Shown here piece by piece: positions 59,279 to 64,000 of a stretch of DNA of 64,000 nucleotides (position 1 is the first letter of the stretch; each line of letters starts with the position of its first letter). The translations under genes were made by a program, and so were the position numbers. Origin of the DNA: Vulcanimicrobiota bacterium (GTDB lineage Bacteria; Vulcanimicrobiota; Vulcanimicrobiia; Vulcanimicrobiales; Vulcanimicrobiaceae); NCBI GenBank assembly GCA_003135555.1, contig PLCF01000053.1:30131-94130 (forward strand), read 5' to 3'. The notes beneath the pieces are model-generated. The model was not told where the DNA came from, did not search any database, and worked only from the letters and a program-made list of their open reading frames with translations.

Positions 59279-60259
59279 ATGACGTTACGCCGTACGTTTC
59301 TTTCGATCGTGGCCGCGCTGGCCATCACCGGCCTCGCCGCCGGCCCCGTCCCGGCCGCAAGCGATGCGCCGCCGACCGTGACGATCGCCTATCAACCGGG
59401 GATCGGCTACGCGACGCTGACCATCATCAAGCAGTTAGGCACGCTCGAAAAGCGCTTTCCGGGGACGAAATTCGATTGGCGCGTGCTCTCGAACGGCGAC
59501 GCGATCCGCGACGGCATCATCGCCGGCCAAATTCAAATCGGTGCCGGCGGAAACGGCCCGTTTCTCATCGGTTGGGACCGCGGCGTGGGCTACAAGCTGA
59601 TCGCGCCGATGAACGTGATGAACCTCTGGATGGTCGCGCGCGCCGACGAGCCGAACATCCGGTCGATCAAGGACATTCCGGCCAACGCAAAGATCGGCAT
59701 GCCGTCGCCCGACGCGGTGCAGGCGATCGCCCTGCGCAAAGCCGCTCAGGAGACGTTCGGCGACGCGCACAAGTTCGACACGAACATCGTCGCCATTCAG
59801 CACCCGCTGGGCGTCCAGGCGCTGGCGGCGAAACAGCTCGAGCTCCACATGAGCTCGCCGCCGTTTCAGCAGCAGGAGGTCGAAGCCGGAGGGCACGTCG
59901 TCTTTCGTAGCTTCCTGGCCTTTGGCCGCAGCACGTTCAACTGCGTTTATACGACCGAAACGTTCGCCAACCAGTATCCGGTATTCGTGAGGACGTTGTT
60001 CGACGATATGCGCAACGCCACCGAGATGCTCAAGAAGGACCCCGATCAGGCAGCGGCGCTGCTTTCGAAAGACGCGGACGGCAAGACGCCGGCGGCGCGG
60101 TTCAAGGGCTGGATCACCGGCCCCGACGTCTCGTGGGACATGACGCCGCATGCGTTCTTGCGGACCGCCGCCTTCATGAAAGAGATCGGCTTTCTCAGCA
60201 AGGTCCCCGCGAACATTCGCGAGCTCGAGCTGCCGTATCTCAAAGGTGTGGGCGACTGA
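59279..60259 (+). CDS. ABC substrate-binding protein (SsuA/TauA/NMT1-like)
   Basis: Signal peptide, IAYQPGIGY, SSPPF; heads an ABC operon. Confidence 0.85.
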   Translation: MTLRRTFLSIVAALAITGLAAGPVPAASDAPPTVTIAYQPGIGYATLTIIKQLGTLEKRFPGTKFDWRVLSNGDAIRDGIIAGQIQIGAGGNGPFLIGWDRGVGYKLIAPMNVMNLWMVARADEPNIRSIKDIPANAKIGMPSPDAVQAIALRKAAQETFGDAHKFDTNIVAIQHPLGVQALAAKQLELHMSSPPFQQQEVEAGGHVVFRSFLAFGRSTFNCVYTTETFANQYPVFVRTLFDDMRNATEMLKKDPDQAAALLSKDADGKTPAARFKGWITGPDVSWDMTPHAFLRTAAFMKEIGFLSKVPANIRELELPYLKGVGD

Positions 60260-61068
60260 CCGCGGTCGCTTCGGCCACGCCGCTCGTCGTCGCGGACGGC
60301 GTAGCGATCGAGTATGTCGGCCCGGATGGGCGGCGCTCGCTCGCGGTTGAAAACGCGAGCTTCGAGGTGCGCCAAGGCGAGACGTTCGTCATCATCGGCC
60401 CCTCGGGGTGCGGGAAGACGACGTTGCTCAAGGCGATCGCCGGTTTTCTTCGCCCGGCCCGCGGCCGGCTGTTGGTGGAGGGGTCTCCGGCGCGCGAACC
60501 CGGCCCCGACCGCGCGGTCGTCTTTCAAGATTTCGACCAACTCTTCGCCTGGCGCACGGTCCGTGACAACATCGTCTACGCGCTGCGCGTGGCGTGCCGC
60601 GTACACGGTGCGGCCGCGGGCAAGCGGGCCGACGACGTGCTCGCACTGGTTGACATCACGCGCGCCGCGGACCGCTATCCGCACGAGCTTTCCGGCGGGA
60701 TGAAGCAGCGGGCGGCGATCGCCCGCGCGCTGGCCCTCGAGCCCACCATGCTGCTCATGGACGAGCCGTTCGGCGCGCTCGATGCGATCACGCGCAACCA
60801 GTTGCAGATCGAGCTGGCCAACATCCACCGGCGGACCGGCGTGACGATCGTCTTGGTAACCCATTCGATCCAGGAAGCGCTGTATCTGGGCGATCGCGTT
60901 ATGGTGATGACGGCGCACCCCGCGCGCATCCGCGAGATCGTCGACACCTCGGCGGCGCGCGACGTCGAAACGGCCGAGTTTGCCGCCCTGACCGGCCGGT
61001 TGCGCGAGTTGCTGGTCCATCGTGAAGAAGATGATGCCGGCGAACCACCGGATGCCGCGCTCGCATGA
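60256..61068 (+). CDS. ABC ATP-binding protein (SsuB/TauB-like)
   Basis: GPSGCGKT, LSGGMKQR, LMDEPFGALD, VTH; probable CTG start overlapping the upstream TGA. Confidence 0.92.
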   Translation: MTAVASATPLVVADGVAIEYVGPDGRRSLAVENASFEVRQGETFVIIGPSGCGKTTLLKAIAGFLRPARGRLLVEGSPAREPGPDRAVVFQDFDQLFAWRTVRDNIVYALRVACRVHGAAAGKRADDVLALVDITRAADRYPHELSGGMKQRAAIARALALEPTMLLMDEPFGALDAITRNQLQIELANIHRRTGVTIVLVTHSIQEALYLGDRVMVMTAHPARIREIVDTSAARDVETAEFAALTGRLRELLVHREEDDAGEPPDAALA

Positions 61069-61850
61069 AGTGGTCGCGGATCCCCGTCGCGGTACGGTAC
61101 GCGCTGCTCGTCGCGGCGATCGTGCTGATCTGGCAGGCCTACGTGACGTTCTCGCACGTCAACAAGCTGTTGGTTTCGTCGCCGGTCGACGTCGCGGTAG
61201 CGCTGGCGGGGGATCTGCGGTCGGGGCAGCTCGTCTCGGTGACGCTGGCGACGTTGAAGAACCTGGTGATCGGCATGATCGTGGGCGCGCTGGTCGGGTT
61301 CGCGCTGGCGTCGTTCGCGGTGTTCTCCAAGGTCGGCCACGATCTGCTCAGCGTGCTCAGCGCGATCTTCAACCCGCTGCCGTCGATCGCCATCTTGCCG
61401 CTGGCGATGATTTGGTTCGGACTCAAGCCCGAATCGATCATCTTCGTGGTCGCGCTGGCGAGCGTGTGGCCGGTCGCGATCAACACCGACACCGGATTTC
61501 GCACGATCAGCCCGACCACCCAGCTTGCCGCGCGCAACCTGGGTTTGCGCGGATGGCGGCTGGTCATCGACATCTTGCTGCCGGCCGCGCTGCCCTCCAT
61601 CATCACCGGGCTCAAATCGTCATGGGCGTTCGGCTGGCGCACCGTCGTCGCGGCGGAACTGGTCTTCGGGGTCGCCGGGTCGGCCGGAGGCTTGGGGTGG
61701 TACATCAACAACGCGCGCTACTTCTTGCAGACCTCGACGATCTTCGCCGGGCTGGTCGTGATCTCGGTGCTCGGGATCCTGGTCGAAGCGATCTTCGGCA
61801 TCGTCGAACGCAACACGGTCGTCAAGTGGGGCATGAAGCGCTCCGGCTAA
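61065..61850 (+). CDS. ABC permease (SsuC/TauC-like)
   Basis: PLPSIAILPL..WFG, LPAALP, WRTVVAAE, GLGW. Confidence 0.92.
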   Translation: MKWSRIPVAVRYALLVAAIVLIWQAYVTFSHVNKLLVSSPVDVAVALAGDLRSGQLVSVTLATLKNLVIGMIVGALVGFALASFAVFSKVGHDLLSVLSAIFNPLPSIAILPLAMIWFGLKPESIIFVVALASVWPVAINTDTGFRTISPTTQLAARNLGLRGWRLVIDILLPAALPSIITGLKSSWAFGWRTVVAAELVFGVAGSAGGLGWYINNARYFLQTSTIFAGLVVISVLGILVEAIFGIVERNTVVKWGMKRSG

Positions 61851-61956
61851 GAAGCGCGCGCAAGCAGACGCCGTGTGGGCCCGAAGGACGGGGACCGGGC
61901 CGTCCGGAAAGGGCAGTTGCCCGAAAGGGGCGATACCCTGGATCGGAGATGCGCAT

Positions 61957-62421
61957 ATGGATCGACGTTCCGCGCTCGTGGTATTGGCTGGACTTCCGGC
62001 GATCGCCGCCCTCCCGCCGCTCCCGGCGCTTGCCGAGCCCCCCGACCCCGCGGTTCGCGCCGCCGCCGCCAAGATACACGCGAGATATCAGAGCGATGCG
62101 GCCTTCAGGGCGCTTGTCGAGCGCGCTCCGTTTGACGCGTTCGCCCAATCCGGCCTTTCAAAAGACATGAGCGCCCGGATCCTCGGCTACGAGATGGGCT
62201 GCACGCGGTTCGCCTGCCCATCGACGACGTGCCGGAACGCGGACGCCATGGCCCCCAAGTTGACAGCCGGAACGGCCCAGACATTCACGCCGCTAGCGGT
62301 GTGCGCGCTGACCTTCGCCGGGAAACCCCCGGCGGGCTTTGCGGAGCGGGCGCACCTTCCGCCGGCGACCGATGTAAAGTCCTGGCGCGCGCTCGGCGGC
62401 GGCGCGAACGCGATGCGCTAA
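61957..62421 (+). CDS. putative lanthipeptide precursor with Tat-like signal, NHLP-like leader and Cys/Thr core
   Basis: RBS GGAG; MDRRSAL...ALA-E; ARYQSDAAFRALVERAP; GCTRFACPSTTC; adjacent to the synthetase. Confidence 0.65.
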   Translation: MDRRSALVVLAGLPAIAALPPLPALAEPPDPAVRAAAAKIHARYQSDAAFRALVERAPFDAFAQSGLSKDMSARILGYEMGCTRFACPSTTCRNADAMAPKLTAGTAQTFTPLAVCALTFAGKPPAGFAERAHLPPATDVKSWRALGGGANAMR

Positions 62422-62476
62422 CGGTTCGCGACCGATAGCCGTCCACGAGATTCTTGCGGCGCTCGGCGCCGACTTC

Positions 62477-64000
62477 GTGGTGGCGCAGTCGCGCGACGGG
62501 ATGTGGATCGCCGTCGAACCGCGTCGCGGCCTCCCTGACGCGGAGGCCGGCTGGAAACTGCACGTCTCCGCCTCGACGCGCACCGCTTTGCCGACGCTGC
62601 GCCTCGCCGTGGCCGTCTTGCAGACGGAGTCGGTCGCGTTCAAGGTCGCCGCTTCGCTGGAACGCCTCGAAGAGTTGAATCACGGCCGCCACAGCCTTTC
62701 GCAAATCGGCAAGTTCGTGACCGTCTACGCCGATGATGCCGCGGCGGCGCGACGGATCGGTTTTGCACTGGCGCGTGCGCTGCGCGGACAGGCGGGACCG
62801 CGCCTGCGCTACGAGCGCCGCGTTGCGCGCGACGCGCCGGTGTGGTACCGGTTTGGCAGCTTTCGGGCCGCGTACGGCTTGAGCGCGCACGGCTCGCTCG
62901 TCCCGCTCCTGTTCGGCGGCGCCGAGCCGATCGCCGATCGCCGGGACGAGCTTGCCGTGCCGACGTGGGCCGAGGCCGACCCGTTCGCAGGCGGCGACGA
63001 CGCGGATCCCGCAGCCAGTGTCATCGGCGGGCGCTTCATGGCACTGCGCACGATGGCGTCGTCGTACAAGACCGACGTGTTCGACGCCGTCGATTTGCAT
63101 GGCGACGGCAAAGCGACCTGCATCCTCAAACGCGCACACGCAGAGACGGTGTGCGATGCGGTTCACGACGCGATCGGATTGCTGCGGCGCGAGCATGACG
63201 CGCTCGAGCGTATCGCCTCGCTGGGGGTCGCGCCCATGCCGCTCGGATTCTTCGAAGCAGGCGGTGACGCGTTTCTCGCGATGACGCTCGAGCCGGGAGT
63301 GACGCTCGATCACTACACCGCCACGTCGCGCGCGCTCGGTCGTCGACTCGATGCCGCCGTGATCGAACGATTCGCCGACACGCTCGCTGCGACCGTCGGT
63401 GCGGCGCACCGGGTCGGCATCGCGCATCGCGATCTCAAAGGGGCAAACCTGATCGTGCGCGACGACGGCGCGCTACGCATTCTCGACTGGGACGCCTCCG
63501 CGGCGCTCGACGATCCCGCGTTTCCGCGCTTGGCGACCTACGGCTACACGACGGGCACTGACAGCCCCGTAGCATCGGACGTGCGCGGCGCCGCAAGCGT
63601 GGTTGCCGCGCTCGCGACGGGGATCGACGCATCTCGGCTGCCGGACCCGGCCCGGCTCGCCGACGCGCTCGATCGCACGCGTGACGATCTCTCCGTGTCG
63701 TTTCGCGCTGCGATCCGCGATGCGCTGACGCAGCCGCAGCAGTTTTCATCCCTGGCTGCCTGGCGCCAGGCGGCGGCCACGCCGCCGCGCTCAGCCCGGT
63801 CGACGCGCGCGCACCACGTTGTTTTCGCGACCGATCGCGAGTTGACGCGCAGCGTGGAGTGGTTGGTCGCGGCTGCGCACGACACGCCTGACGGCGTGGC
63901 GTGGGTCAGCGGTGACCGCGAGCGTTTTGGGGCATCGCTGCGGGATCTCTATGGGGGCGTAGCAGGCATTGCCTTGGTTCTGGACGCGGCCGGGATCGCA
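62477..64000 (+). CDS. class III/IV lanthipeptide synthetase (LanKC/LanL-type lyase-kinase-cyclase), truncated by window end
   Basis: Manual translation, open to 64000: GWKLHVSA, FKV, QIGKFVTVY, WYRFGSF (lyase); ILKRA, HRDLKGANL, DWD (kinase); DLYGGVAGIAL (LanC-like start). First canonical start is GTG 62477. Confidence 0.88.
   Translation, partial: MVAQSRDGMWIAVEPRRGLPDAEAGWKLHVSASTRTALPTLRLAVAVLQTESVAFKVAASLERLEELNHGRHSLSQIGKFVTVYADDAAAARRIGFALARALRGQAGPRLRYERRVARDAPVWYRFGSFRAAYGLSAHGSLVPLLFGGAEPIADRRDELAVPTWAEADPFAGGDDADPAASVIGGRFMALRTMASSYKTDVFDAVDLHGDGKATCILKRAHAETVCDAVHDAIGLLRREHDALERIASLGVAPMPLGFFEAGGDAFLAMTLEPGVTLDHYTATSRALGRRLDAAVIERFADTLAATVGAAHRVGIAHRDLKGANLIVRDDGALRILDWDASAALDDPAFPRLATYGYTTGTDSPVASDVRGAASVVAALATGIDASRLPDPARLADALDRTRDDLSVSFRAAIRDALTQPQQFSSLAAWRQAAATPPRSARSTRAHHVVFATDRELTRSVEWLVAAAHDTPDGVAWVSGDRERFGASLRDLYGGVAGIALVLDAAGIA

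Noticed and set aside
59279..61850. ABC transporter as the lanthipeptide exporter
   Set aside because: It has a substrate-binding protein and SsuABC/TauABC-type importer motifs, and is divergently paired with TauD.

Overview
High-GC bacterial chromosome segment. The mix of a TonB-dependent receptor, Firmicutes-like ymdB-spoVS and divIC-S1 pairs, and hrcA-dnaJ-rsmE suggests a diderm terrabacterium such as Eremiobacterota/WPS-2; this is inference only. Most of it is housekeeping: acs (partial), a surface-polysaccharide cluster, CIRCE-controlled hrcA-dnaJ, accDA, etfBA, an ECF sigma/anti-sigma/RseB-like trio, ahcY-metK, mtnBDC and a TauD + ABC importer. Notable elements: (1) at the right end, a class III/IV lanthipeptide synthetase missing from the ORF track, preceded by an unusual precursor with a Tat-like signal peptide, an NHLP-like leader and a Cys/Thr core; (2) a tRNA-Leu(UAA) split by a 260-nt Azoarcus-like group I intron; (3) a membrane-protein uORF ending in NRPPP, with a hairpin that pairs into the RBS of the downstream TonB-dependent receptor (candidate arrest-peptide switch); (4) a MIRU-like intergenic repeat family whose mini-ORFs bridge stop and start codons; (5) a MurL/QueC-like PP-loop domain fused to a DegT aminotransferase; (6) several apparent CTG/ATC start codons. 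All calls come from manual motif reading; no database searches were run.
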